Positions 1-13,299 of a DNA stretch of 64,000 bases are shown here, piece by piece. Position numbers and translations under genes: made by a program. The first letter of the stretch is position 1; each line of letters begins with the position of its first letter. The DNA comes from Octopus vulgaris (lineage: Eukaryota), in assembly GCA_951406725.2 (NCBI GenBank), contig OX597824.1, positions 89,218,001 through 89,282,000 on the forward strand. The letters run 5' to 3'. The notes beneath the pieces were generated by a model. It was not told where the DNA came from, made no database searches, and saw only the letters and a list, made by a program, of their open reading frames with translations.

Positions 1-97
1 AAGAGAAAGCTTACTAAATACCAGAAGCTGGTAGAGCAAAGTGAGGTTGGCGGGCACGTTGCAAGCCAATTGGTATGGGCTGCTGGGGTTCACTTTG
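1..97 (+). mobile_element. HERO/NeSL-like LINE restriction-like endonuclease C-terminal fragment (frameshifted)
   Basis: Translates KRKLTKYQKLVEQS / GWRARCKPIGMGCWG, resembling the RK..KY..L...GW....P.EVGCRG motif of RLE non-LTR elements. Confidence 0.5.
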
Positions 98-99
98 AA

Positions 100-470
100 A
101 AGATCTGACAAGGTTTCGAGTTCATCTCATCTAGGTCGTCCCATAGGACGCCCCTTATTCATAGAGGTTTCGGTTGCGCATACTATAGGAGCGATAGGGC
201 GTTACTCCACGTGGTCCCACAGTTTCCATCTAACTAGAAATAGTAGGGTCTCATCCATTGTCTTGTATTCAAGATCCTCTGCATGACATTCTGCTAGTTC
301 AAAGCCAGGAATCTGATCTGTTAGGTCCTGCCAGTAACTAAATCCACGCCCTGCTGCCGATGCTTCGATTTATTGTCATTAAGATTTTGTCTGTCTCTTA
401 CCCTTAGAGCTGTCTCGCCTGGTAAGACCTACTTGAAGATTTCTCTCCCTCCAGCATAGCTCTCTAGATC
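100..470 (-). mobile_element. Degenerate RTE-like LINE C-terminal fragment
   Basis: Minus-strand peptides VGLTRRD, RWKLWDHVE and KGRPMGRPR match RTE ORF C-terminal motifs; stops present. Confidence 0.4.
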
Positions 471-756
471 AATGGAGCACACAGGCACTTCACCGCGACA
501 TGGTACTTGTTGAATTGGCCGTTGACTACACAACAGTGCTTCCGCCCTTTTTCGTCCCACAGGGTGTCCCACTGGGTGTCCAACCCTCCTCACCAAGCAA
601 GCTTGTTAGGGTTGCCAGTTTAGTTACCGACGACCCAACCTTGTGACAGGTTGTACAGGGTTACATGTTGCCAGTGGCGCTCAAGAGCGACCTGACCAGA
701 GGTTTCGAATTATTAACTGAAAGAATCATGAATGCGTCGGATAAAATACTTAACAA

Positions 757-1004
757 CAATCGACTTAATCCCTTTGTCTGTCCTTGTTTGTCCTCTCTGT
801 GTTTAGCTCTTTGTGGGTAGTAAAGAAATAGGTATTTTCGCCCGTCGCTACGTTCTGAGTTCAAATTCCACCGAGGTCGACTTTGCCTTTTATCCTTTCA
901 GGGTCGATAAATTAGGTACCAATTACGCACTGGTAATCGACTTAATCCCTTTGTCTGTCCTTGTTTATCCCCTCTATGTTTAGCCCTTGTGGGCAATAAA
1001 GAAA
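757..1004 (+). mobile_element. SINE-A partial tandem (tail | body+tail)
   Basis: Tail gtccttgtttgtcc...gtaaagaaatag joined to gtattttcgccc body; B box gagttcaaattcc; core gccttttatcctttcagggtcgataaa. Confidence 0.9.
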
Positions 1005-1465
1005 TATGAATCGTTAGAGCTTCAGACAAAATGTCTGTTCTGGTTCCTTAAGTTCTAAGTTCAAATCCTTCTAGCATCATCCTTGCCCTTTGTCCCTCTG
1101 GTGTCGATAAAATAATGTCTCAATAAAGATGTGGAGTCCATGTACTTGACTAAACCCTCTCCCTTCAAAGCCGCTGGACTTCTGCTTAATTTAGAAATAT
1201 TTAATAATACTGATATTGCATATGTAATATCTGGAAAAAGACGGGATTGTCATTTCTGGAATGCTTTTGATAAGAGGAAGTTAACATCCACAACAACAAC
1301 CTACAGATCATGAAGACCCCCAACATTTTGCAATCAACAGCAGCAACATCCCATACATCACGAACTAACAAATATCTATTACATCATCTATCACTGTGCT
1401 AGAAATAGCAGTCAAATCGGTGTCTTAAAAAAGGCAGGGGGCACACGTTAGATAATATGGTTGTA

Positions 1466-1930
1466 GATATGTTTCTTTATTAGCCACACAGAGCTGCACA
1501 CAGACGGGACAGATTACAAAGTAGAACTTTTCTTTTTTGGGGAGAAAAAAAGTGGGGTAAGTTTTCGATCAAAAGGGATCGTAAAAGGGAAAGAAAAAAA
1601 AAGGAAAGAAAAAAAACAATAAATAGGGGTCGTGTATCACAGTAATGTCATGATGTAAAGTGTAAAGGGGGAAGCAGATAAGGTTTATCTGTGGAAAGAA
1701 GAGCCTACGGAAAAGACCACGGTAACCTCGGTCAATAATTTTACATGTTACCACATTTGTTTGCAAGTAGGTAACCCTCTGTTTTAAATTTTCCGGGTTC
1801 ATAAGATTATGCTCAAGGTGTCTTCGTCATTCATACGTGCCATCTTTGCTACATTCACCCATCTTTTTTTTTAAACATTCGCTAGACAAAACTTGCCTCT
1901 CTACTTTCACTTTCATTTCCAAGTGGAACC
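1466..1930 (-). mobile_element. L1/Tx1-like LINE 3' end (ORF2 C-terminus + 3' UTR)
   Basis: Minus peptide FHLEMKVKVERQVLSSECLKKRWVNVAKMARMNDEDTLSIIL*, then a pyrimidine-rich UTR ending ...ctgtgtggctaataaagaaac; clade call from memory of Tx1 C-termini. Confidence 0.6.
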
Positions 1931-2169
1931 AGAGAAAAAATTTTAAATACTGCTGAATATATATTTCTCTTTGATCTTAGATAAACTTCGATCAGGGTTC
2001 ATATGGGACTAGATAACAACAATAACAGCAACAACAACAAGCAACAGTGACTGAGCACTATGGCAAGCATGATGGACACCGCGTACCAGGCGTCGTCACA
2101 TGAACAAACACGGCAGCAAAAAACAATCAACGACAAAAAACAACAGCAACAACTACTACATGTCCTAAT

Positions 2170-2600
2170 AAGGCTATTACCACCACCATCACCACCGCCA
2201 CGACCATCACAATCACTATTACCACCACCACCATTACCACCACCACCACCATCACCACCACCACCACCATCACCATTACCTCCACCACCACCATCACCAC
2301 CACCACCACCATCACCATTACCTCCACCACCACCATCACTACCACCACCATCACTACCACCACCATTACCTCCACCACCACCATCACCATCACCATTACC
2401 ACCACCACCGCCACTACCACCATTACCACCACCATCAACATCACCACCACCACTATCACGATCACCATCACCACCACCACCACAACCATTACCACCATTA
2501 CCACCACCACCACCACCAACACAATAACAACAACAAGAGCAACAACTATTGCTACTACTACCACTACCACCACCACTACCACCACAACTACCACTACTAA
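2170..2600. repeat. Compound (CAC/CAT/CTA)n trinucleotide repeat
   Basis: Direct reading; source of the poly-Pro/poly-Gly ORFs. Confidence 0.95.
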
Positions 2601-2682
2601 GTGTAGTACGGCTGCCGACACACTCCTCCATCAACACATGGCATACACACACATACACAAACACACCTAATAACAGCTACAC

Positions 2683-2714
<32 letters not shown>

Positions 2715-2878
2715 TACCAAACACAACCGCCATCAACACCACGATACACTTACCATAAACCAACAAACACATCATTCCCAAAATCTAAAGTGATCATACG
2801 TGAACAATTTTCGGCTGCTGATGCGAGTGAAGAAGGCAAATTTTATGACCGAATTTGAGATAGTTCTTACCATCATAT

Positions 2879-2952
<74 letters not shown>

Positions 2953-3240
2953 ATGGTGATGGTGATGGTTACATACGCACAGTAACGTGTCGTGTGTCAT
3001 TTTTACATCAAAGGAACTTGTAACTTGCTCTTATGAGATGCAGGTACATAGCGGGACATAACAACCATTCATTTACACCCGTATATGTGATATATAATAC
3101 ATAATATATGATAGAATATAATGTAATATTATATAGAATAATATAAGATATATAATTCAATATATATATATGTGTGTGTGTGTGTATATATACACTTGCA
3201 CAAACAAACACACAAACACACAAACATACACGCACACATA

Positions 3241-3317
<77 letters not shown>

Positions 3318-3397
3318 TATATACATATATATATATGTATATATGTATGTACACACACGCACACAGACACACGGGCACACATGCACACATATTTATT

Positions 3398-3530
3398 GGC
3401 GCAGGCGTGGCTGGGTGGTAAGAAGCTTACGTCTCAATCATATGGTTCCAGGTTCAGTCTCTCCTTGACGCCTTAGGAAAGTGTCTTACACTATGGGTTT
3501 GGGCCGGCACAAAGCCTTGTGAGTGGATAT
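3398..3530 (+). mobile_element. SINE-B 5' fragment
   Basis: ggcgcaggcgtggctgggtggtaagaagctt head, ggttcagtc B box, aaagccttgtgagtgga. Confidence 0.8.
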
Positions 3531-3577
3531 TTTTTACGCACATACCTATATCCATCCATCCATCCATCCATCCATCC

Positions 3578-3615
<38 letters not shown>

Positions 3616-3655
3616 GTCTATCTATCTATCTACCTCTCTCTCTCTCTCTCCCTGA

Positions 3656-3960
3656 ACACTCCATCGGTTACGATGACGTGGGTCCCAGCTGATACGATCA
3701 ACGGAACAGCTTGTTCGTGAAATTAACGTGCAAGTTGCTGAGCAAGCCACAGACACGTGTACCCTTAACGCAGTCCTCAGGAAGATTCAGCGTGACACAG
3801 AATGTGACAATGGTGGGCCTTTGGATTACAGGTACTACTCATTTTTGCCAGCTGAGTGGACTGGAGCAACGTGAAATAAAGTGTCTTGCTCAGGGACAAA
3901 ATGCGTCGCCGGGAATTGAACTCACGACCTTACAATGGTGAGACGAATGCCCTAACCACT
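3656..3960 (-). mobile_element. SINE-D (CORE-type, OR2-like)
   Basis: tRNA head + gagcaagacactttatttcacgttgctccagtccactcagctggcaaaaatgag CORE-like segment; homologous to 45806-46124. Confidence 0.85.
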
Positions 3961-4191
3961 ATACATTTGTACGATTAATAAATGAATATATATATATATA
4001 TACATATTTATGTACTTACATGCGTATATGTAAATTCATAAATTGCGTATATATAGACTCATCTGTTAAATCACTCGCAAACTCTGAGTAACGTTTCAGC
4101 AAACTTCAGCTTCCAATAAAATATTTTTATGTACTCAGGACTTATATCTTCATTTGGAACACAAATGCTTACCTGTGTGTGCGTGTGTGTA

Positions 4192-4259
<68 letters not shown>

Positions 4260-4329
4260 ACTCTCTTTAATTAGTTTCAGCTCGAGAGCTGTGGCCATGA
4301 TGCAGCACTGCCGTTAGCTCGAAACCTCT

Positions 4330-4670
4330 GATATGTGGTATTTGGAGAATGAGGGAGTTCGATGCTGCTAACCTCATCTGCGTTTCTTGCTGTGAGGTAG
4401 TCTCATCCGGAATCCTTTGACAAGAGGAGAACAAGTTTTGCTTCGCAGACACCTACATTCACAGCATGTATATCTCTCAGACTTTTGGGGAGGATATTGA
4501 AGAGCCGTTGAAACCCAAGCTGTTGCAGTATCCGGTCCTCTATCTTGATGGCGATGTTAGCATCTTTGACGCTATGCAGTGGCGTTCCGCGTTGCTGTTT
4601 GTGTAACTTTCAATGCCAAAGTTTGGTACGAATCCATCCAGGATTTTCTAGATGTATTTTTCTAAGTCTG
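4330..4670 (-). mobile_element. CR1/Crack-like LINE ORF2 C-terminal fragment
   Basis: KILDGFVPNFGIESY...CNSLGF/RLFNILPKSLRDIHAVNVGV...IPDETTSQQETQMRLAASNSLI. Confidence 0.75.
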
Positions 4671-4689
4671 GTATAATATTCTTGGGTCA

Positions 4690-5292
4690 CCCTATCTTTA
4701 TTCACAGTACCCTTCTATCATATGTTTTCACCGGTTCCTAGATATTTGTAGGATTCTTTTGTGGAACAGGAGAGATAGAGAAATGTACAAGTTTTGAGTC
4801 TGAGGGACTGATTCCGCACGTTTAACAATCAAATATGAACATTTCTTTTGGCCAAATTCCATTCCTATGTCAGCTGAAAATGTTTATTAATTCCAGCAGT
4901 TTATTTGGCATTGTTAACATTTTTAGCATAGATCTTAGGTCATTCACAAAGAAATTATGATTTACATTAATGTATCTTGTAGTTGCAGACCTCAGCATGT
5001 AACCATTTGGTTTTGCAGCAGGAATGATAATGGATTTCATACCAAAATGAAAAGAATTAGAGCAAAACTATCTCCTTGGAATATTCCCTTTGAAGTATTT
5101 ATAGTATCAGAGATGATCGTTCCGTTCACAGTTCTAAGTGTTAGAATCGTTCCTCAGTTATTTGTGAGCCTCACAGTGGAAGCAACAAATGTAGCGGGTA
5201 TTTTGTTAAGCGTAGAGTGTAGATACCTCAGCAGTTATGAGCGGGGAATAGTATCCAATGCTTTTCTATAATCAAGCCATGCTATCACGGGG
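4690..5292 (-). mobile_element. R4/Dong-like LINE reverse transcriptase fragment (pseudogenised)
   Basis: IAWLDYRKALDTIP, KGIFQGDSFALILF, NHNFFVNDL, FSADIGMEFGQKKC, SYKYLG. Confidence 0.85.
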
Positions 5293-5424
5293 TATGTATA
5301 TAGGTATGTATATTAAATATGTCTGAAAATGTGATCCCGGCGAAAGAAAGCCATACCATTCCTAGGCAAGGCAAAGCTGCAGTCAATGATTGAATATTTA
5401 TTACTCATAGTAATATTGGTTTCA

Positions 5425-5995
5425 GATTCTAAGCACAAGGCCAGCAATTTCTATGGAGGGTATAGACCGATTCCATCGATCTCACTTCTCAACTGGCACT
5501 TATTTTGTCGACCACGAAAGGTAAAGTCGACCCGAGCGGAATTTGAACTCAGAACGCAAAGCCGGACGAAATACCTATTTCTTTACTGCCCACAAGGGGC
5601 TACACACAAAGGGGACAAGCAAGGACAGACAAACGGATTAAGTCAATTATATCGACCCCAGTGCGTAACTGGTACTTATTTAATCGACCCCATAAAGGAT
5701 GAAAGGCAAAGCCGACCTCGGCGGAATTTGAACTCAGAACGTAGCGGCAGACGAAATACCTATTTCTTTATTGCCCACAAAGGGGCTAAACATAGAGAGG
5801 ACAAACAAGGACAGACAAACAGATTAAGTCGATTATATCGACACCAGTGCGTAACTGGTACTTATTTAATCGACCCCGAAAGGATGAAAGGCAAAGTCGA
5901 CCTCGGCGGAATTTGAACTCAGAACGTAGCGGCAGACGAAATGCCGCAAAGAATTTCACCCGGCGCGCTACCGATTCTGCCAGCTCGCCACCTTA
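5425..5995 (-). mobile_element. SINE-A head-to-tail array (one head, three bodies)
   Basis: Two internal junctions aaagaaatag|gtatttcgtc; the last body carries a different, more diverged tail. Confidence 0.9.
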
Positions 5996-6097
5996 TACTT
6001 AAATGTAATATTGAGACGGCAATAAATAACTGGGTTATATTGATATCTTGTTACATATATAAGCATATGACTTATTTCCTTGTGTGTAGTATACACT

Positions 6098-6148
<51 letters not shown>

Positions 6149-6230
6149 ATAATAAATATTAGGGAATTAATCCAAAATTACAGGGAAAAATCAGATTTAG
6201 GGTTAAATCCAATTTTATAGTAAAATATTA

Positions 6231-6715
<485 letters not shown>

Positions 6716-7123
6716 CGCACATATATAGATACACGAGTGCATGCGAATGAGCCCTGGGTGGGTTCATTGGCATATTTTCACTAGGCCTTCTTGTCTGGGT
6801 ATGTCCTTCTTTGTAAATGCGTGTAAATATAAGAATATGCGTAAGTGTTTATACGTGTTCATGTATGTGTGTGGTGTGTTTGTTTATGTGTCTGTATGCG
6901 TGTGTGTGTGTGCGCAAGCGGATGTATATGTGTATGTGTGTAAGTGTGACCGTGTGTATGTGGGGTGGAATTTCTAGATATGTAGATGGAAACAGTGATA
7001 ACACACACACACATACACACACACACACGCGCACGCACGCATACACACATACAAATACGCATGCACATATATTTGCTTGAATGTGTCAGAAAATTTACGA
7101 AGAGGATTGTGTGTGGTAGGGCG

Positions 7124-7175
<52 letters not shown>

Positions 7176-7217
7176 CGTGTGTTCCTGTATAAGTATTTGT
7201 GCACGTTCTCTTCCTCA

Positions 7218-7519
7218 GCATCGTCATCATCATTATCATCATCATCATCACCATCATCGTATTGATCACCATCATCATGAACATTTTCGTAATCATCATC
7301 ATCATCATCAACATCATCACCATCATCACCATCACCATCGTCATCATCATCATGAACATCATCGTAATCATCATCATCATCATCAACATCATCACCATCA
7401 TCACCATCACCATCATCATGAACATTTTCGTAATCATCATCATCATCATCATCAATATCATCACCATCATCACCATCACCATCGTCATCATCATCATGAA
7501 CATCATCGTAATCATCATC

Positions 7520-7550
<31 letters not shown>

Positions 7551-7707
7551 CCATCACCATCATCATGAACATTTTCGTCATCATCATCATCATCATCACC
7601 ATCATCACCATCACCATCACCATCACCATCATCATCTTCATGAACATTTTCGTAATCATCATCATCATCATCATCATCGTAATCATCATCATCATCATCA
7701 TCATGAA

Positions 7708-7750
<43 letters not shown>
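7218..7750. repeat. (CAT)n with higher-order repeat
   Basis: Recurring gaacattttcgt / gaacatcatcgt interruptions. Confidence 0.95.
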
Positions 7751-7754
<4 letters not shown>

Positions 7755-8444
7755 TCTTCCGTTGGGTGGTACTGTTCAAATAGCTAAAATGCTTCTGTCA
7801 TACCTTTGCCAGCAACAATTCGCAAGTTACGCTGTTATATCTGAGTTTAGATATTAAAGCTATGAATATTTTCGTATATACACACACATATATATAAATG
7901 TATCTGTGTGTGTGTGTTTTTATATACCTACACCATATATGCACAGTTATGCACATTTGCGAGTATGCATTTTTAAATACTTCTAAAAATGCATGCATAT
8001 TTTTCCGTGAAAGAATTTTATAAAAATATACATATCTATATTTATAAATACGCTTGTTTGTGTTTGTGCGTATAATAGACACCCTCTGTCTGAGTCCCAA
8101 TATATTTGTACAACGATGATAAAAATTGCCTCTAAACACTTAAATTAAACGGGAAACTCGGGTATCCGACAAATCCTGCATAATTATGAGACGAAAATAT
8201 AATTGCGAAAAGGGAAAATAATTTATGAAAGTGTGTAGTAGAGAAATGAGGTTATTTATTTATTTATTGTTGATGTTGTTGTTGTTGTTAAGGCGGTGAG
8301 CTGGCAGAGTCCTTGGCGACCCGGGCAAAATGCTTAGCGGCCACTTCTTCCGGTTCTCAATGTTTCTCAGTTCAGATGTCGCCTTTTATCCGTTCGGGGA
8401 TCGACGAAAAATATGTACCAGTTAAGCACCCGGGTTGATATAGT

Positions 8445-8749
8445 GGAGGCACATGGCCTAGTGGTTAGAGCAGCGAACTCGCGGTCGAGGGATCGCGGGT
8501 TTGAATCTCAGATCGGGCGATGAGTGTGTTTATGAGCGAAGCACCTAAGCTCCACGCGGCTCCGGCAGAAGGTAATAGCGAACTTCTGCTGACTATTTCG
8601 CCACAACTTTCTCTCACTCTTTCCTCCTGCATCTTGCAGCTCACTTGCGACGGACCGGCGTCCCGTCCAGGTGGGGAACCTATACGCCAAGGAAACCTGG
8701 AAACTGGCCCTTATGAGCCAGGTGTGGCTCGAGAAGGAACAAACAACAA
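8445..8749 (+). mobile_element. SINE-C (tRNA-Arg-like head, OR1-like) inserted in an old SINE-A
   Basis: 15 bp TSD acccgggttgatata at 8428-8442 and 8750-8764; host SINE-A spans about 8289-8825. Confidence 0.9.
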
Positions 8750-9324
8750 ACCCGGGTTGATATAACCGACTAGGTCCCTTCCTCCAAATTTCTGGTCGTG
8801 TGCCACCCATAGAAGAAAAGATTATGGTAATTATATCTGCTTGAAGCGCACAGTCCGACTATGCATGAAATATTTAACGTCTCCTCTTCAGCAACAGAGT
8901 CTGTGTCAGTTCTCAGTGTTGACTTTTCCGGTTTCTGCGCCTGAAGAGTAGATAATCACTCCGAAATACATGTCTCCAATACGCTGATTAGGGGTGCGCT
9001 AAGAACTGACTCGGTGTATTTACACCTATCTCTCTGCTGAGAGAAATTTTCTCTGTGCAAAATACAATGAATGACTTTCTTTAATGCTCAAATATGCATC
9101 AGATATAACTGGAAACAAGTTTGCATCTATAAACACTACTGCATGGTGCTGTTATCCCCTGTTCGAAAATATAAGGATACAGGGCGTGTGTCGTATAGCC
9201 ACCTAGAGACAATGTCCCCTGGGGCTAAGCAACTGTAGCATTCGCCCCAAAATGGGACTGCCACATTAAATTGACAAAAAATCGTTACTATATACACACA
9301 CACGCACACATATATATATGTATA

Positions 9325-9362
<38 letters not shown>

Positions 9363-9952
9363 CTATATGTGTGTGTGTGTGCGTGTGTATAATATATACA
9401 TGTGTGTGTCTACGTGTGCGTGTATGTGTGTATTTTGCGGGTGTGGATATACATATATATATTTACATATATACATCGAAGAGGCCAGGGAACAGAAGAA
9501 AGAAGCCATGCACTCAACACCAGAGGTGAAGACACCTCCGAAAGAAGGGGGGACGCCACGTCAAAATGGTAGAGGTGTAGGGGCCGAAACCGGACGTGGT
9601 TCCTCCTGATGATGTCTTGAGCTAACTGGATCCTATAAAGGAGCTGTTGTGGTAAGAGACCACGAAACACGGTTGTAATTCCATATATGTATTAATAATA
9701 TATATACAAGTGTGGTGTGTGGTAAGAAGCTTGCTTCCCAACCACATGGTTCCGGGCTCAGTCCCGTTGTGTGGAACCTTGGGCAAGTGTCTGCTACTAT
9801 ATTCCCTGTTCGACCAAAGCCTTGTGAGTGGATTTCGTAGATGGCAGCATTCGTCGTATTTTTCTAGACTGCTATGTTAGTTTAGCGATAACTATTAATA
9901 TCCAGTACCGCTGCTGTAGTCTCATTTAGAGAGACTTAGAAATATATATATA

Positions 9953-10943
9953 CTAGCATTATGACCCGGCGTTGCCGGGTCATAGTGCTAGTTTGGTATA
10001 AATTTGTTAAATTAAAAATTTGTGGTAATAAAACATACAATGACATATTAAAAAGACGAATTAAAATTCTAGAGAAAAATACATAGAAGATAAATATACA
10101 AATTTACAAAAATACATAAAAGTTCATCTACGGGCCGTTTCGGAGATGCATCAATTAATATGAAACATATTATATATTTAAATTTGACACTCCCCTCGTC
10201 AGGATGTTTTTTACACATAACACATAGTACACGGAAACAAATGCACAATTACATACCTGCTACATGCGAAAGACCAGACATTACATACTCCCAAAAATTC
10301 TCCTAGATACTGAATGCTACTTTATAAGCATATAATTCAATCTAACAGCTATAGTAAATGATATGAGAACATCTCCATCTGGACTAATTCACTTCTGCAC
10401 ACAATTAAATTTTTCCTCTTTTAATTTCTCCCATTCATGCAAAGTCCTTGATACATTTTATACTAATTGCTATTTTTTATACTAATTGCTATTTTTTCTT
10501 TTAATTGTTATATAACGATTTAATTACCATTTTAATAAAATAAAATATATTTAATTACTACTTACTATATTTATTATATTTAATTCAATTGTTATTATTA
10601 CCTCTAACTTTTATTGCAATTTTTATTTCTAAATTTCTTATGGAACGTTGAGAGGATCTTATGCGTACAATGTATTTTTATATGAGGTTAATATATTTAT
10701 ATATTACTATATATTTCTAAACGTCGGGCTTTATGTCTGTTCTGTAGATATAAATGAATATATGAATATATGTATGTGTTTGATCTTTCTGTGGATTTTG
10801 TAGTGCTTTTGTAGTTGCTGGTCGCATTGCCTTCCCACGGATTAAAAAGTGTATACAGCTCATTTGAGCACTACTATTCCAGTCTGTTATATATTTTGAG
10901 TGTTGTTGTCACTAACGATCTCAAGATATAACTTTATATTTTG

Positions 10944-10985
<42 letters not shown>

Positions 10986-11385
10986 CCATATGCATACAAT
11001 AGAGAGATGTTTTTGTTTCACTTTTAACACGTAATACTGAAATAGTGGAGAAGATATGATACTACTGTGGGCTCGCTCTAGGCAAGAAGTTAAACATTTT
11101 TTTTGCCTATGACACTACATGGACCCTAAGTAAGGCATGTGTAAAATTTGAATGAAACTGGTTCTGTAGTTCTCAAGTTTTAGGGAATCAGAGTGGAGAA
11201 GATATGATATTACTGTGGGCTCGCCCTAGGCAAAAAGTTTTTAAAAATTTTGCCGATGACATTCCCCGGACCCTAACTAAGGCATGTGTGAAATTTGAAT
11301 GAAATTGGTTGCGTAGTTATCAAGTTTTAGGGAAACACACAGACAGACAGACAGACACACATTCTCAGTTTTATATATAGAGAGA
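9953..11385 (-). mobile_element. Non-autonomous Helitron-like element
   Basis: Minus strand starts A|TCTCTCTATATATAAAA with (GTCT)n and ends in a GC-rich hairpin (gacccggc aac gccgggtc) then CTAG|T; internal ~150 bp tandem repeat 11043-11335. Confidence 0.8.
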
Positions 11386-11899
11386 TATAGGTAGGTATGT
11401 ATGTATGTATGTATGTATGTATGTATGTATGTATGTATGTATGCATCCATGTATGTGTTTGTGTGTGTGTATATATAATCCTATATATACTCCCTTAAGT
11501 TAGGCATCTACTTTTAGCTATTTTTAACTAGACTTACTGACCACTGAAGTAAATATTCTTTCTGACCACACCGAACCTAGAATTCATCTATTTAATTAAT
11601 AGCCATAAATACCTTCCTCCTTCACTTTACCAAAACCTTAACCCTTCACCTCTCACCCCGAACTGACCCTAATGAAGACTAATACTGGCATCTTGTCTTT
11701 ATCTTTATTTTTGTTTTTCATTTTTATTTTACTTTCGTTCTCATTCGTTCTTTCTCGCATTTATCCCATTCTTTTCTTTTTCCCTCTTTCTCCTCTCTTC
11801 TCTTCACTCACTCACAACCTGTCTCTGTCTATCATGATGTCCGACTTTCTCACTCTGTATCCCTACATGGACCATTTTCATACTAGCTAACCACAATCT

Positions 11900-12089
11900 T
11901 ATTTCTATACTACCCACAAGGGGCTAAACATAGAGAGGACAAACGAGGACAGACAAAGGGATTAAGTCGATTACATCGACTCCAGTGCGTGATTGGTACT
12001 TAATTTATCGACCCTGAAAGGATGAAAGGCAAAGTCGACCTCGGCGGAATTTGAACTCAGAACGTAGCGGCAGATGAAATACCTATTTC
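11900..12089 (-). mobile_element. SINE-A (body+tail, with self-junction)
   Basis: Matches other SINE-A copies; gaaatag|gtatttcatc junction near 12080. Confidence 0.9.
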
Positions 12090-12369
12090 TAACAATATGT
12101 TTCCGGGACTGAACCCGGAACCATATTGTTAGGAAGCAAGCTTCTTACCACACAGCCACTCCTGCGCCTACAATGATAAAATATTGATGAACTTTTTTAA
12201 AAATTACTTTAAAATACAAAAAAAATTAATTAAAATAATTGAAAGGCATGTGACATAAAATGAGATATGAATTATTGATAACGAATGGTAAGAAAAACGA
12301 AAAATAGGAAATATGGCTGAGTCTAATTAAGACATTTGAGAATTAAAACAAATTGAAGTTATTAGATTA

Positions 12370-12729
12370 TTTACATTATTTACATTTGACGGATATTTGT
12401 CCTCATCATGTTTCTTGCTAACACAACGTTTCGGCTGATATGCCCTCCAGCCTTCATCAGGTGTCTTGGGGGAAATTTCGAACCTGGGTCCTCATTCCTA
12501 AGGTATTTTTCGATGTTATTATTATTACTATTATCAGAAACGTTTGCACACCGGGCGAAACGCTTAGTAGCATTCTGTCTGTCTTTACGTTCCGAGTTCG
12601 AATTCCGCCGAGGTCGTCTTTGCCTTTCATTCTTTCGGGGTCGATAAATTAAGTACCAGTTACGTACCGGGGTCGATCTAATCGGCTGGCCCCCTCCCCC
12701 AAAATTCTGAGCCTTGTGCCTAGAGTAGA

Positions 12730-12783
<54 letters not shown>

Positions 12784-12885
12784 TATTATTATTATTATTA
12801 TTATCATTATTCAGGTCACTGCCTGGAATCGAACTCGGAATCTTGGGGTTAGTAGCCCGTGCTGTAGGCATATGGCGTAGTGGTT
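12370..12885 (-). mobile_element. tRNA-headed, hammerhead-bearing short retroelement interrupted by a SINE-A (12535-12730)
   Basis: B box gagttcgattcc (12825-12836, minus); A-box piece ggcatatggcgtagtggtt inverted at 12867-12885; (AAT)n linker; HHR module homologous to 58560-58700. Confidence 0.7.
12420..12465 (-). ncRNA. Minimal type I hammerhead ribozyme
   Basis: GACAC CUGAUGA a GGCUG-gagggcauau-CAGCC GAAAC GUU GUGUU. Confidence 0.8.
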
Positions 12886-13191
12886 CTTAGGTTAAAATTT
12901 GTGGAGGATGGTGAAGCAGTAAATAACAAAATCCAGTCGTCTGATTCAGCGAATTTCATATCTGGTGCTGCGGAATGAGCTTCAACTCTCGTGTTACTGG
13001 CGACCAACGTTTTAAAGTGTACTTAGTGTTTGTAAGAGTAAGGGCTGAATGACTCGCTCTTGACATTAATTATACGTGTGGTGGGGTGTGGTGTAATTTT
13101 TTTTTTATCAATAAAAGACATTTACCTTTATACGATATTGTGTATATACGTATATTACACACACACAACACATATATATATACACATATAT

Positions 13192-13246
<55 letters not shown>

Positions 13247-13262
13247 CATACACACACACACA

Positions 13263-13299
<37 letters not shown>

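Noticed and set aside
2060-2527. Poly-Pro extensin/formin-like ORF (also poly-Gly on the minus strand)
   Set aside because: Translation of a compound CAC/CAT microsatellite; open in several frames, no domain or splice context
6197-6205. Telomeric TTAGGG
   Set aside because: Single unit only
7135-7857. His-rich protein ORF
   Set aside because: (CAT)n translation beginning in (GT)n; other frames are equally open
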